This document shows positions 21,572 through 33,230 of a DNA stretch of 64,000 nt, piece by piece. Position numbers and translations under genes: made by a program. Location of the stretch: positions 512,001 through 576,000 of the forward strand of contig CAWGED010000005.1 of assembly GCA_963821525.1 (NCBI GenBank), written 5' to 3'. The stretch comes from an uncultured Gemmatimonadales bacterium (GTDB lineage: Bacteria > Gemmatimonadota > Gemmatimonadetes > Gemmatimonadales > GWC2-71-9). A model generated the notes under the pieces. That model worked only from the letters and a program-made list of their open reading frames with translations, did no database searches and was not told the origin of the DNA. Position 1 is the first letter of the stretch; each line of letters begins with the position of its first letter.

Positions 21572-22903
21572 ATGGCCGATACCACCCTGATGGACAAGCT
21601 CGTGTCGCTCTGCAAGCGACGCGGATTCGTGTTTCAGTCGTCAGAGATCTATGGCGGGCTCGGCTCAGTCTGGGACTACGGGCCGCTCGGCGTGGAGCTG
21701 AAGAAGAATGTGAAGGACAGCTGGTGGCGGGCGATGGTGCATGCCCGGGACGACATCGAAGGAATCGATGCCGCGATCCTCATGCACCCCAGGGTCTGGG
21801 AAGCCTCGGGACACGTGGCCGGCTTCACCGATCCGCTGGTGGACTGCCGCACCTGCAAGGCCCGGTTCCGTGCCGACAAGGTCGGGGATGCCCAGTGCCC
21901 GCAGAAGCCCAGCAAGCATCCCGGTGAGCACTCCACCTGCGACCTCACCGAACCCCGGATGTTCAATCTCATGTTCAAGACGTTCATGGGACCGGTCGAG
22001 GAACAGGCCGCCGTGGTCTACCTGCGGCCGGAGACCGCCCAGGGCATCTACGTCAATTACCAGAACGTGCTCAACGCCTCGCGGCAGAAGATTCCGTTCG
22101 GCATCGCCCAGATCGGCAAGGCGTTCCGCAACGAGATCACTCCAGGAAACTTCATTTTCCGGACTCGCGAGTTCGAGCAGATGGAGATGCAGTTCTTCGT
22201 GAAGCCGGGCACCGATGGCGAATGGTTCGAGCGCTGGCGGGAGTGGCGGATGCAGTGGCATCAGAGCATCGGGCTTACCCCGGCGCGGCTGCGCTGGCAC
22301 CAGCACGGTCCCGGAGAGCTGGCCCACTACGCCAAGGCCGCCTTCGACATCGAGTACGAGTTCCCCTTCGGGTGGAATGAAATCGAAGGCATACACAACC
22401 GCAGCGACTACGACCTGGGACGCCACCAGGAGTATTCCGGCAAGAAGCTGGAGTACTTCGATCAGGCGGGGAACGAGCGGTACCTCCCTTACATCGTGGA
22501 GACTTCGGCCGGCGCCGACCGGGTGACTCTCACGACCCTGGTGGATGCCTACCGCGAGGAAGAGGTGGAAGGGGAGACGCGCGTCGTCCTTGGCTTCCAT
22601 CCCGCGATTGCGCCGATCAAGACCGCGATCCTGCCACTGGTGAAGAAGGACGGCATGCCCGAGCTGGCCGACCGGCTCTATCACGACGTGAAGCACCACA
22701 TGCCTGCCTTCTACGACGATGCCGGCGCTATCGGTCGCCGTTACCGGCGGATGGACGAAGCCGGAACGCCTTACTGCTGCACGGTGGACGGTGATACGCT
22801 GAAGGATGGGACTGTCACCGTGCGGGACCGGGACTCGATGCAGCAGGTGCGTGTCGCGACGGACAACCTCGTTGCCTACCTGCGCAAACAGGTCGGGGGC
22901 TGA
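21572..22903 (+). CDS. glyQS: Glycine--tRNA ligase, homodimeric (alpha2) type
   Basis: [49 protein letters not shown]. Confidence 0.97.
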   Translation: MADTTLMDKLVSLCKRRGFVFQSSEIYGGLGSVWDYGPLGVELKKNVKDSWWRAMVHARDDIEGIDAAILMHPRVWEASGHVAGFTDPLVDCRTCKARFRADKVGDAQCPQKPSKHPGEHSTCDLTEPRMFNLMFKTFMGPVEEQAAVVYLRPETAQGIYVNYQNVLNASRQKIPFGIAQIGKAFRNEITPGNFIFRTREFEQMEMQFFVKPGTDGEWFERWREWRMQWHQSIGLTPARLRWHQHGPGELAHYAKAAFDIEYEFPFGWNEIEGIHNRSDYDLGRHQEYSGKKLEYFDQAGNERYLPYIVETSAGADRVTLTTLVDAYREEEVEGETRVVLGFHPAIAPIKTAILPLVKKDGMPELADRLYHDVKHHMPAFYDDAGAIGRRYRRMDEAGTPYCCTVDGDTLKDGTVTVRDRDSMQQVRVATDNLVAYLRKQVGG

Positions 22904-22930
22904 TCAGCCGGCAGACCCTTCGAGGTAGAA

Positions 22931-23647
22931 ATGCGACTGGCCGACTTCGAAGCGCTGGTCCAACGGCTCCAGACCGAGGTCCCGGCTGAGTATCTCGAAG
23001 GGGTGATGGAGATCGAGGTCTCCCGCAACACGCTTCCGGATCCCACCCACGCCGATGTCTACACCCTCGGCGAGTGCATCCCCCTGCCGCTCGATCATCA
23101 GGACTCACCGGGTGGAGTGTTGAGCCGCATCGTTCTCTACTACGGCTCCTTTCATGCTCTGGCGAGGCTCGACTCGGAATTCGACTGGCGCGGCGAGGCC
23201 TGGGAGACGCTGACTCACGAGCTCCGACATCATCTGGAATGGCGAGCCCGGGCGCCGGACCTCGAAGAGTTCGACTGGGCGGCCGAGCAGAATTTCGCCC
23301 GTCAGGATGGGGAGCGGTTCGACCCGACGTTTTATCGGAGCGGGGAGAAGGTCGCCGAAGGCATCTACCGTTTGGACGACGATTTCTTCCTGGAACACGA
23401 GGCCGTGGCTCCGGGGTCCGAATTGCGCTTCGACTGGCATGGCCGGTCATACGGCGCCACGGTTCCTGCCGAGGCAACGCTTCCGGCTTTTCTCACAGTG
23501 GAAGGGACAGAGGAGCCCCCTCCGGGCGACCTTGTCATCGTCCTTCCCTCCGCGGCGGGGCTGCGTTCACTCTTCCGATCCACGCGGTTCCTCGCCACCG
23601 TTACCGCGACTATGTTTCCTCCGGCTTCTCCACCACAGCAGGGGTAA
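22931..23647 (+). CDS. Zincin-like metallopeptidase family protein
   Basis: RIVLYYGSF...ETLTHELRHHLE (HExxH). Confidence 0.7.
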   Translation: MRLADFEALVQRLQTEVPAEYLEGVMEIEVSRNTLPDPTHADVYTLGECIPLPLDHQDSPGGVLSRIVLYYGSFHALARLDSEFDWRGEAWETLTHELRHHLEWRARAPDLEEFDWAAEQNFARQDGERFDPTFYRSGEKVAEGIYRLDDDFFLEHEAVAPGSELRFDWHGRSYGATVPAEATLPAFLTVEGTEEPPPGDLVIVLPSAAGLRSLFRSTRFLATVTATMFPPASPPQQG

Positions 23648-23651
23648 GGCA

Positions 23652-24771
23652 ATGAGGCGTATTCTGTTCCTCTGCGGGCATGGCGCTTCCTACGGCGCTG
23701 GTGGCCCAGGCCGATCCGGGTTATCGCGTCGGCATCGTGAGTGAATCGGGCGATATCGTCACCTGGCTCAAGCCGGGCGACGGGACACTGACTGTCGAGA
23801 AGACGATTCCGGTCGGGATCATGCCGGCCGACATCGACGGCCCGCATAACCTCGCCGTCGCACCCGACAACAGCGCGTACTACATCACGATCGCGCACGG
23901 CACGCCGTTCGGATCGTTGTGGAAGCTCGATGCCAAGACCGACACGCTGATCGGGCGGGCCAAGCTGGAGATGTTCCCCACCACGATCGGACTGACGCCG
24001 GACGGGGAGCTCGCCTTCGTCGCCAATTCGGATTTCCATGGCGACCATCCCCGCACCAACGTGGTCTCCGTGGTGCAGACCAGCTCGATGACGAACATCA
24101 CTGATCTCCCCGCGTGCGACATGCCGCACGGCGCCAAGTCGAATCATGCCGGGAGCCGGATCTACATCTCCTGCATGAACAGCGACGAGCTGCTGGAGAT
24201 CGAGGTCGCCACGTTCCGGATTACCCGCCGCGGGAAGACCGGCGGGGGCCATGACATGGCGAGCATGGACCATGGCGCCGGACATGCGCCGCCGCCTGCC
24301 GCGGCAGCGAGCGCGCCGCCGGCTCCGGCGCCCGACAATTCATGCGCCCCGACTTTCGTCAGCGTTTCGCCCGACGACAAGACGCTCTACGCCGCCTGCA
24401 ACCATGGCAACACGCTGCAGGTGTGGGATGCCGAGTCGTTCACCAAGACGAAGGAGATCGCGGTGGGCAAAGGCGCCTACAACGTCGAGCCTTCGGCGGA
24501 CGGCAAATGGGTGATCGTGACCAACAAGAAGGACCAGAGCTTCAGCCTGATCGACGCCAAGACGCTCACCGAGGTGGTCCGGGTCCCCACCACCAAGAAG
24601 ATCGTGCACGGCGTCGCCTATTCGCCGGATGGGAAGTACGCCTTCGTCAGCCAGGAGTCGATCGGGGCGGACCCGGGCGCTATCGACATGTTCGATCTCG
24701 CCGCGAAGAAGACCGTGGCCACGGTGCCGATCCCGGCGCAGCCGACGGGTGTGGCAATCTTGAGGAAGTAG
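23652..24771 (+). CDS. Secreted YncE/YVTN-type beta-propeller (indel in signal peptide)
   Basis: Repeats IPVG..PH.LAVAPD, IAVGKGAY, VHGVAYSPDG; MRRILFLCG start is one base off the main ORF. Confidence 0.8.
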
Positions 24772-24857
24772 TCTGAGGTCTAGAGTCTAGAGTCGAGAGT
24801 CGACTCCCGACTCCGGGCTCCCGACTCTCGACTTCAGACTCCTGACTCTCGACTCTC
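24769..24857. repeat. Inverted heptamer array (GAGTCKA)n / (GACTCYC)n
   Basis: GTCTAGAGTCTAGAGTCGAGAGTC then GACTCCC GACTCCG..GACTCTC GACTTCA GACTCCT GACTCTC GACTCTC. Confidence 0.85.
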
Positions 24858-24865
24858 AAATACCC

Positions 24866-25138
24866 ATGACCTACGAGACCACAACCACCCTGCAGCCTGC
24901 CCAGGTCATCGCGTGGGCCAAGGTCTTCTTCGCCGAGCGGAATCCCAACAACTCCGCCTTTCCGGAGAAGGAAGGCCCGAACTTCCTCTCGCTTCGGGGG
25001 CAGGGCGGGGAAGAGATCGCGATGACCGCAATCGGTGGGGATGGCACGACGCGGGTGAGAGCTTCGACGTTGTTCTTCGATCAGGCGCTGGGCCGGTTCT
25101 TCTCGACCCTGCCCGGCTCGTCGGAGACTGCCGCGTGA
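24866..25138 (+). CDS. Hypothetical protein (90 aa)
   Basis: Host-like codon usage; GTGA overlap with the next gene. Confidence 0.65.
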   Translation: MTYETTTTLQPAQVIAWAKVFFAERNPNNSAFPEKEGPNFLSLRGQGGEEIAMTAIGGDGTTRVRASTLFFDQALGRFFSTLPGSSETAA

Positions 25139-25395
25139 GCGCGTCGTTGCCGATTCGGATCATGGTGGAAGACGCCTGGGATCAGGTGAACCTGGAACTC
25201 CCGGCCCAGACTTCTGTCGCCGAGGCCAAGCGCCGGGCTCTCGCGATGACCCACACCGATGGCGATCCCTCCGGGTACATCGTGAAGTACCGTGGGGCAC
25301 CCGTGCTGGACGAGCAACGCACCCTGGCGGAGGCCGGCGTCGTCTCCAACGCTCCCCTCATCGTCATGGCTCGGCGCCGCCGGCCCGTGCGCTGA
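25135..25395 (+). CDS. Ubiquitin-like (YukD/EsaB-type beta-grasp) small protein
   Basis: LELPAQTSVAEAK...VKYRGAPVLDEQRTLAEAGV..NAPLIV, matching the ubiquitin-fold pattern. Confidence 0.6.
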   Translation: MSASLPIRIMVEDAWDQVNLELPAQTSVAEAKRRALAMTHTDGDPSGYIVKYRGAPVLDEQRTLAEAGVVSNAPLIVMARRRRPVR

Positions 25396-25398
25396 TCC

Positions 25399-25671
25399 GT
25401 GGCTCGTCCCGCGCGCCGCGGGCGGGCGCTGACCATCATCGCCGTCGGGGTGCTGAGCCTCGACGGCGTTCTGTTGCTGGTGGCCGGCCTCTGGTCCCAT
25501 CGCCCGATCCTCGTCGCCCTGGGTGCCGTCCTGCTGGTGCTGACGGTCGGGGTGTACCTCCTCTGGCGACGCCAAGTGAAAGTGCTGGAGGAGATCGCCC
25601 AGGCTCGGGCGGAGATGCGGGCCGAGGTGAAGGCAATGCAGGGAATGCTCAGAGAAAAGAGAGATGAGTAA
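25399..25671 (+). CDS. Two-TM small membrane protein with C-terminal coiled coil
   Basis: Two hydrophobic helices then EEIAQARAEMRAE. Confidence 0.65.
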   Translation: MARPARRGRALTIIAVGVLSLDGVLLLVAGLWSHRPILVALGAVLLVLTVGVYLLWRRQVKVLEEIAQARAEMRAEVKAMQGMLREKRDE

Positions 25672-25740
25672 GTACCGAGTACCGAGTACCTAGCGTATTC
25701 AACTCGCCCCTCGGTACTCGTTACTAGGTACTCGGTACTT
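25669..25740. repeat. Inverted heptamer array, GTACCGA family
   Basis: AAGTACCGAGTACCGAGTACCTAG ... CTCGGTACTCGTTACTAGGTACTCGGTACTT. Confidence 0.88.
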
Positions 25741-25746
25741 TTAGCC

Positions 25747-26640
25747 ATGCCCGTCCCCGTCTTCACCCACCCTGCCTGCCTGCGGCATGATCCCGGTCCC
25801 GGCCACCCCGAGACCCCGGCGAGGCTGCGCGCGATCCTCGACAGAGTAGGGAAGGACTCGCGGTTCGAGGTGCGGGAGGCGGTGCCGGCCGAACTGGGTG
25901 ACCTGCTGGCGGTTCATCCCGAGGGCTATCTGATCCGGCTGGAGCAGATCAGTCGTCAGGGCGGCGGAGTGCTGTTCCTCGACACAGTCATGAACGAGGC
26001 GAGCTGGTCCGCCGTGCTGGGTGCAACCGGCGCCGTGCGGAGCGCCCTCGACCACGCGCTGAACCAGGGCAACGCCTTTGCCGCGGTGCGCCCTCCCGGT
26101 CACCACGCGATGGCCCAGCGCGCGATGGGCTTCTGCCTGGTCAACAACGTGATCGTCGCCGCTCGACATGCCCAGCAGTTGGGGCGACAGAACGTGCTGA
26201 TCATCGACTGGGACGTGCACCATGGGAATGGCACCCAGGCGCTCATGGAGAGCGACCCGTCGATCCGCTACGTGTCCCTCCATCAGCATCCCTGGTATCC
26301 TGGAACCGGGATGGCCCACGAGCGGGGGGTTGGCAATGTCTTCAATGTTCCGCGCGGCCCCGGCCTGCCGGCCCAGCTCTACGTGGACGATCTCTGGAAT
26401 GCGATCGCCTCCGCCACCAATGGGTGGCAGCCGGACCTGGTGCTGGTGTCGGCCGGGTTCGACGCCATGAGTGGCGACCCGCTCGGCGGCTTCACCCTCG
26501 AGCCGGAGCACTATGCCCAGCTCACTTCGCGAATCAGAGAACAGCTCAAGGACGCGCCAATCGTGGGACTGCTGGAGGGGGGATACACGCCGGCCCGGAT
26601 CGCGGAGGGTGTAGCTGCCCACGTTGCGGCGCTGGGGTGA
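25747..26640 (+). CDS. Histone deacetylase family protein
   Basis: HPETPARL, RPPGHHA, GFC, DWDVHHGNGTQ, SAGFD, LEGGY. Confidence 0.95.
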   Translation: MPVPVFTHPACLRHDPGPGHPETPARLRAILDRVGKDSRFEVREAVPAELGDLLAVHPEGYLIRLEQISRQGGGVLFLDTVMNEASWSAVLGATGAVRSALDHALNQGNAFAAVRPPGHHAMAQRAMGFCLVNNVIVAARHAQQLGRQNVLIIDWDVHHGNGTQALMESDPSIRYVSLHQHPWYPGTGMAHERGVGNVFNVPRGPGLPAQLYVDDLWNAIASATNGWQPDLVLVSAGFDAMSGDPLGGFTLEPEHYAQLTSRIREQLKDAPIVGLLEGGYTPARIAEGVAAHVAALG

Positions 26641-26641
26641 A

Positions 26642-26848
26642 GCGGGAGACGGGAAAGGAGCCGGGGCTCGCGTAACTGTGGAACACCTCATCCCGAGCGA
26701 AGCGAGGGATCTTGCGACCCTACCTGGAATCCGGTACAGGCACAAAGGCTGGGAGACTAGGTCCCTCGGGTCCCCGCGCTAGCGCGGGGTACCCTCGGGA
26801 TGAGGTGCTCGTCCCATCGTCTCCGTCTCCCGTCTACCGTCTCCCGCC
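26642..26848. repeat. Nested element: heptamer arms (GGGAGAC / CGTCTCC) enclosing a TCATCCCGAG REP-like element
   Basis: CACCTCATCCCGAG (26684-26697) pairs with CTCGGGATGAGGTG (26794-26807); inner palindrome CCCCGCGCTAGCGCGGGG; outer arm CGTCTCC/CGTCTAC repeats. Confidence 0.75.
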
Positions 26849-26887
26849 TTTATACTCCTCCCTCCCTGACCCCTCACCGAGACCCAG

Positions 26888-27913
26888 ATGCCTCACCCGC
26901 TTCGTCTGGAATCCGAGATTCTCGAACTGCACACCCGGCATCCGTTCATCATCGCCCGCGGGGGACAGAGCGATTACCGCACGGTGATGGTCCGGCTGAT
27001 TGACGGCGATGGAGTCGAAGGCTGGGGTGAGGCTGCGCCGAATCGGATCTACGGCGAGTCGGTGGAGACGGTGCACGGCGCCCTGCAGAACTACTCCAAC
27101 CGCCTACCCAGCGATCCGTTCCTGCTCGAGGACGCGGAATCCGGCTGGGAGTCAATCCTCGCACTCAATCCCTCAGCGCGGGTTGCGCTCTCATCTGCGC
27201 TGCACGATCTGGTGGGCAAGCGGCTGGGCATTCCGGTCTACAAGCTGTGGGGACTCGACCCCGCCAAGGCCCCGCGTTCCACCTTCACCATCGGCATCGA
27301 TAACGATGCCAAGCTGCGGCAGAAGGTGAAGGAGGCCGAGCAGTATCCGATCCTCAAGATCAAGCTGGGGACGGATCGGGACGTGGAGATCCTGGAAACG
27401 ATCCGGGGGATGACCCAGAAGGAGCTTCGGGTTGACGCCAACTGCGGCTGGAGCGTCAAGCAGGCAATCCGGATGCTCCCGGTGCTGGAGGAATTCGGGG
27501 TGACGGTACTGGAGCAGCCACTGGCCGCTGAGGATCTGGAAGGGTTGGGCAAGGTGAGCCGAGCCTCTCGCATCCCGGTGATTGCGGACGAAAGCTGCAA
27601 GACTGCCGCCGACATTCCCCCGTTGGTTGGCAAAGTGGACGGCATCAATCTCAAGCTGGCCAAGTGCGGCAGCCTCCGGGAAGCGCTGCGCATGATCGCC
27701 ATTGCGCGGGCTCACCAGATGATGGTCATGATCGGCTGCATGATCGAAAGCTCGATTGCCATCACGGCCGCGGCGCACCTGACGCCGCTGGTGGATATCG
27801 TGGATCTCGATGGTGCTGCGCTGCTCCAGGACGATCCCTTCGTCGGCGCCTCGATCGACGGCGGCCAGGTTCGCCTTCCTACCGGTCCCGGGCTTGGCTT
27901 GAGCCGGCGATGA
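26888..27913 (+). CDS. L-Ala-D/L-Glu dipeptide epimerase (enolase superfamily)
   Basis: GWGEAAP, LKIKLG, RVDAN, EQP, ADES, NLKLAKCG, GCMIES, DLD. Confidence 0.9.
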   Translation: MPHPLRLESEILELHTRHPFIIARGGQSDYRTVMVRLIDGDGVEGWGEAAPNRIYGESVETVHGALQNYSNRLPSDPFLLEDAESGWESILALNPSARVALSSALHDLVGKRLGIPVYKLWGLDPAKAPRSTFTIGIDNDAKLRQKVKEAEQYPILKIKLGTDRDVEILETIRGMTQKELRVDANCGWSVKQAIRMLPVLEEFGVTVLEQPLAAEDLEGLGKVSRASRIPVIADESCKTAADIPPLVGKVDGINLKLAKCGSLREALRMIAIARAHQMMVMIGCMIESSIAITAAAHLTPLVDIVDLDGAALLQDDPFVGASIDGGQVRLPTGPGLGLSRR

Positions 27914-30325
27914 CCGAGCGGTACGGGCAGGTGGCGCTCCCGCTGCCGCTCGCCCGGCCCTACACCTACCGCATTCCCGAGGCGATCGGCGACCGGATCG
28001 AACCCGGGGCGCGAGTCGTGGTACCGGTCCGCGGCCGCGAGATGGTCGGGATCGTCGTGGCGATCGCTGACGTCCCTCCCGAGCGTGCGGCGAAGGACAT
28101 CCTCGCGGCACCCGATCCGGAACCAGCTCTCCCGCTCCCTCTCCTCGAAGCCGCCACCTGGATGGCGCGGTATTACGGCGCGCCGCTCGGCCTCGCCATT
28201 CGCGCGGCTCTCCCCGCGGCACTCTGGGGACAGTCGAAGGTTCTGGCGCGAATCGCCGACGGGGCCTCAATTCCCGGCGGACTGGCGGGCGAGGTGGTCG
28301 CCTGGCTCGAGAAGAAGGGCGGCAGCGCACCGGTGCCGAGCATCGCGCGGGGACTCAAGCGGCCAGTGTGGGACGCGGTGAACCGGCTGGCACGGGTAGG
28401 CGCCATCGCGCTGGAGGTCCATCCGGCGGAGACCGACAGCGGAACCGCCACCGAGCGAATCGCCGTTCTGGCCGGTCCACGGCTCACGTTGCTGGAACGG
28501 GAGGCAGCCTTTGGACGAGCGCCGGCCCAGCGCGCGGTGCTGGAGGCGCTGGAGCAGACGGGCGGACGAGCGCCGGTTCGCCACCTGCTGGAGCAGCTCA
28601 AGCTTTCCCCGGCCGGAATGCGGGCGTTGGTAAAGCGCGGGCTCGCGGTGGTGGAAGAAGTTCCCACGCTGCGAGACCCTTTCGCCGATGCCGCCGGCAC
28701 TCCTCCGCCGCCGACCCTGACTCAGCGCCAGCGGGAAGCGGTCTCGACTCTTTCGTCCTTGGCACCGGGCGACGGCGGCCTGCTTTTCGGTGTTACGGGA
28801 AGCGGAAAGACCCTGGTGTATCTCGATGTCATCCGGCAGGCGATGGCCGAGGGACGCGGGGCCATCATTCTGGTGCCCGAGATCGGGTTGACGCCTCAGA
28901 CGGTGAGCCGGGTGCGCGGGGTCTTCGGGAACGACGTCGCGGTGCTGCACAGCGGACTATCAGAGGGCGAACGGGCCGACGCCTGGCGCGCCTTACGCAG
29001 CGGAACGAAACGAGTGGCCGTGGGAGCGAGGTCGGCGGTGTTCGCCCCGGTCCGGAACCTCGGCGTGATCGTGATCGACGAGGAGCACGAGGCCAGCTAC
29101 AAGAACGGCGAGGCGCCGCGCTATCACGCGCGTGATGTCGCGATGGTTCGAGCGCGTCTCGAAGGCGCGATCTTCATTCTGGGCAGCGCGACCCCGTCGC
29201 CCGAATCCATGTCGCGGGTCGGGCCCCGCCTCACGCTGTTCCGGCTTCCGGAGCGGGTCGGAGCACGGCCGCTTCCCGAGGTTGAGCTGGTTGATCTCCG
29301 CAGCGCGCCACGACTCGCCATTGCGGGAGCGGTTCCCTGGTCGGAGCGACTGGACCTGGCGGTGGCCGGGGCGCTCGATCGCAACGAGCAGGTCCTTCTA
29401 TTACTCAACCGGCGTGGCTTCGCCTCCTTCCTTCAATGTCCCGCCTGTGGTGAAGTCGAGGGCTGTCCCCGGTGCAGCATCGCTCTCACCGTTCATCGTT
29501 CTCCCAATCGTCTGCGCTGCCACTACTGCAGCCATGAAGAGCCGATCCCGGCCGCGTGCAGAAAGTGTGGCCACGCCGTACAACAGATGCGCGGGGTTGG
29601 TACCCAGCAGGTGGAACGCTTTCTCGCTGAGCGATTCCCGGCGGCCCGGCTGGCACGAATGGATCTCGACACCACGAGCACCAAGTGGTCGCACCATCGC
29701 ATTCTCGAGACCTTTGGCCGGGGAGATGCCGACATCCTGCTCGGCACCCAGATGATCGCCAAGGGTCTGGATTTTCCCAATGTCACTCTGGTCGGCGTGG
29801 TGGACGCGGATACCGGCCTCCACCTTCCCGACTTCCGCTCCGCTGAGCGGACGTTTCAGCTGCTGGCGCAGGTCGCGGGTCGAGCGGGGCGGGGGCCGAA
29901 GGGCGGTAGAGTCGTAGTGCAGACCAGGAACCCCGAGCATCATGCGTTGGTCTTTGCCGTGCAGCACGATGCCGAGGGATTCCTGGCGCGAAGAGCTGGC
30001 CGCGCGACGCGAACCTCCCTATCCGCCGGAAAACTCCCTGGTGAACCTCGTCTCGAGTGGACCGGACGAGCGCCGCGTGGGCGAGAACGCCGCCGCAGTC
30101 GCAGCATGGTGCCAGCGATTAATAGAGAAACACAGCCTTCCAATCACGGTTCTCGGTCCGGCGCCGTGCGCGCTGGCGAAGATCCAGAACCGGTGGCGAT
30201 GGCACGTCGTTCTAAAGGGCACTGGGGAGGAACTGGGGAGGGTGGTACGTTACGCTGCGGAGCGATTGCCGGGTGTGGCGGGAGTGCGGACGATCATTGA
30301 TCGGGATCCGGTGGCACTGCTTTAG
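27910..30325 (+). CDS. priA: Primosomal protein N' (indel near 29988)
   Basis: GVTGSGKT, LVPEIGLTPQ, DEEHE.SYK, Cys cluster, GTQMIAKGLDF, QVAGRAGR. Confidence 0.96.
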
Positions 30326-30326
30326 G

Positions 30327-30424
30327 GGCGGACAGGACGGACAGGGCGGAAAGGACGGGCGGACCGGCGGACTTCGACCGCCCTACCCGCCTTGACCGCC
30401 CTGTTCGACCGTCCGTCGTCCGCC
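30327..30424. repeat. Inverted nonamer array (GNCGGACAG)n
   Basis: GGCGGACAG GACGGACAG GGCGGAAAG ... TCGTCCGCC; starts 2 nt after the priA stop. Confidence 0.8.
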
Positions 30425-30446
30425 GACGGAGAATACGGAGACAGCT

Positions 30447-30959
30447 ATGGCAGACGACAGCGGTGCTCTCTACCTGAAGGACGCGATTCTGCAGCTGCGG
30501 GCCTACAAGAAACTGGGCGAGAAGGCGATCGCCCAGGTCTACGATAGCGGGCTCACCAAGGTCCTGTATTCCGACGCCAACAGCATCGCGATCCTGGTTA
30601 AGCACATGAGCGGGAACATGCGCTCACGGTGGACCATGTTCCTCACCACTGACGGCGAGAAGCCCGACCGCAACCGGGATTCCGAGTTCGAGCTATCGGA
30701 AGAACCGACCCGGGAAGAGTTGATCACCTGGTGGGACGACGGCTGGGCCCGCGTCTTTGATGCTATCGAGCACCTCAAGCCCGAAGACCTGGGGCGTACG
30801 GTCACGATTCGTGGCCAACCGCACAGCGTGCTCCAGGCGATCAACCGGCAGTTGATGCACTACGCCTACCATATTGGGCAGATCGTCCTGCTGGCGCGAG
30901 CGCTGGCCGGCGCCAGCTGGAAATCGCTCAGTATCCCGAAGCGGCCTTCCCAGAGCTGA
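30447..30959 (+). CDS. DUF1572/DinB-family protein
   Basis: NSIAILVKHMSGNMRSRW..FLTTDGEKPDRNRDSEF, HYAYHIGQI. Confidence 0.85.
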   Translation: MADDSGALYLKDAILQLRAYKKLGEKAIAQVYDSGLTKVLYSDANSIAILVKHMSGNMRSRWTMFLTTDGEKPDRNRDSEFELSEEPTREELITWWDDGWARVFDAIEHLKPEDLGRTVTIRGQPHSVLQAINRQLMHYAYHIGQIVLLARALAGASWKSLSIPKRPSQS

Positions 30960-30967
30960 GTCTCGCC

Positions 30968-33102
30968 CTAATCGCGAGCCCAGCCAATCTCCATGCCGAG
31001 GTAGGCGTTCCGGCCCGGAGCGGGTTCGAAGACTCGGCCGACGGCCCCGTTGATGGTCAGCGAGCCGACATACTGCCGGTCCCACAGATTGTTTACCGCG
31101 GCAAAGGGAGACAGCGCCCACGCGCCGGCCCGGCCTTCCCACGTCACCCGCAGGTTGGTCACACCGAGTCCGACTCCATCCACGACGTTTGGCCCAGCCT
31201 CGCCCCACCCGTTGACGTAAAGGGTGTTGTGATCGTCGGCGAAGATCGACGACGCCATGCTGTGGTCCAGGTCCAGATAGAAGCTCTTATAAGGCCCGGC
31301 TCGGAGGCCCAGGCGAATGAAGGCTTCCGGCACTCCCGGCAACGTCTTGCCATCCAGCGTGTCTACCGCGGTGCCGTTCACGATCTTGTAGTCCGCGAAG
31401 CGGTAGTGGGACCAGGTATATGAGCCGAACAGGCGCAGGGTGGCGACCGGCGCGACATCAACTCCCACCTCGATACCGTCGTTGTGGACCTTCCCCGCAT
31501 TCGTGAAGAAGCCACGACCGCTCACCTCGCTGAACTGCACGATTGCATCGCTGATCCGGCCCAGGAAGCCGGCGATGCTGTAGTTGAACGCTCCGATCCG
31601 GCCTCGACCGCCGAGCTCGAGGGTGACGGCGCGCTGCGGGATTCAGGTCGGTGTTGAATCCGCCGGTGGAGTTGGGCTGGTTGACCAGCTCGGTCGTGGT
31701 TGGCGTCTCGAAGGACGTCGCGACGTTCACGTAGGTGACGAACTCGGTGCTGGCCGCGAAGGTCAATCCGGCATTTCCGCTCCAGGATCCCATGGTGCGC
31801 GAGCCGCTGTTGTCGACACCGTCGCTCAAGTGGTGGTCTTCCACATCGAAGGAGACGGCATCGTACCGCACTCCGGCGCTACCGCTCAACGTCGGTGAGA
31901 AGTTCCAGTGAAGTTGAGCGAAGGGGCCGATCTCACTCACCTTCTCGCGCTGGTCCAGGATCAGGGTATCGGGAATGCCGCCAACCGCCCGCGAGTTGGT
32001 GCGATCATCCCGGAGATATTGGGCGTCAACTCCCAGCGTCAGTCGAGCGGAGTTCTCATTGGCTCCGAGGTGCCGGTCGGTGGAGAACCGGGCGCCTATG
32101 GCCTGCCGGTCGATGTTGACGAAGGTGCCGACGTCGGGGCCGGGGCCGGACGGCGGCGGCGTCGCGAGAGGGTTCGCCAGGTCGCGGAGCAAACCAAATA
32201 CCGTGGCGGTCCATTCCGAGCGTTCGCCGTAGTGCTTGAGGGAGAGACCGAGTTGCCCCTGGGAGACGTCCTTGTCGGCGTCCCGGAGAATGTTGCCGGC
32301 AGCGGCGGAGTCGGGATTCGCGAGGTATTCGGTCTGGGTCAGGGCTCCAGGATTTTCGGCCTGAGGGGCGTCAGAGTAACCGAAGCGAAGCGTTCCCGTC
32401 GTGCTGGAACCGAAGATGTAGTCGGCGCCGAGGTTGAGCTGGGTGAAGTGAGAGGAGCTGTGCTGCCGGAATCCGTCATACTCGGTGTGAGAGACGCGAC
32501 AAGGTGCCGCTCGCCGAGCCGGAGCGGCCGCCGGTTCGGCTCGAGACCTTCATCATCCCGAACGATCCGCCTTCTCCCCGTACGGTCTCACTGAAGGGAC
32601 CCGGGCCGGGAGACTCGGTGGTGAAGGAAAGCACGCCGCCCGAGGCGTTGCCGTAGAGCGACGAGCTGGACCCGCGAAGCACTTCGACCCGCCCGATGTC
32701 GCCGAGATCGAGATTGGACAACTGGCTCTGCCCGTCGGGGAGCGTCTGCGGAATCCCGTCCAGGAGGACCTTCACACCCCGCAATCCGAAGTTGGACCGA
32801 CTGCCGAAGCCCCGAATCGAGAGCCGCTGATCGAGGCTGAAGTTGTATCGGTTGGTGACGTAGACGCCCGGGATGTTGCTGAGCGACTCGTCCAGTCCGA
32901 GGGTCGCCTGTCCTCGCCGCACCGCTTCCTTGGGTACGACACTCACCGCCGCGGGAATCTTGCTGAGCGGCTCGGGAGTGCGGGTGACGGTGACCGTGAT
33001 TTCCGGAAGGAGCTTGGCGGAATCGGCTTGGGCCGAATCGGGTTGCTGGGCCGCGAGGCTCGTTGCACAGCACATCAAGGCAAAGCAGATACCTGCTCTC
33101 AT
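30968..33102 (-). CDS. TonB-dependent receptor, YncD-like (several indels)
   Basis: EITVTVTR TonB box, SIRGFG, VEVLRG.SSSLYGNASGGV, SFETPT, FEPAPGRN. Confidence 0.88.
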
Positions 33103-33230
33103 CAACAGCCCTCTCGAATTGGGAGTCACACCATTGCGGCGGGAGCGACGACGAAGCCTACAAGTGTCTGTGCCCGACTGGAAGCGTGCTTGAATCGAGC
33201 TATCGGCGGGCCTACATTTCAAGTTCAGCT

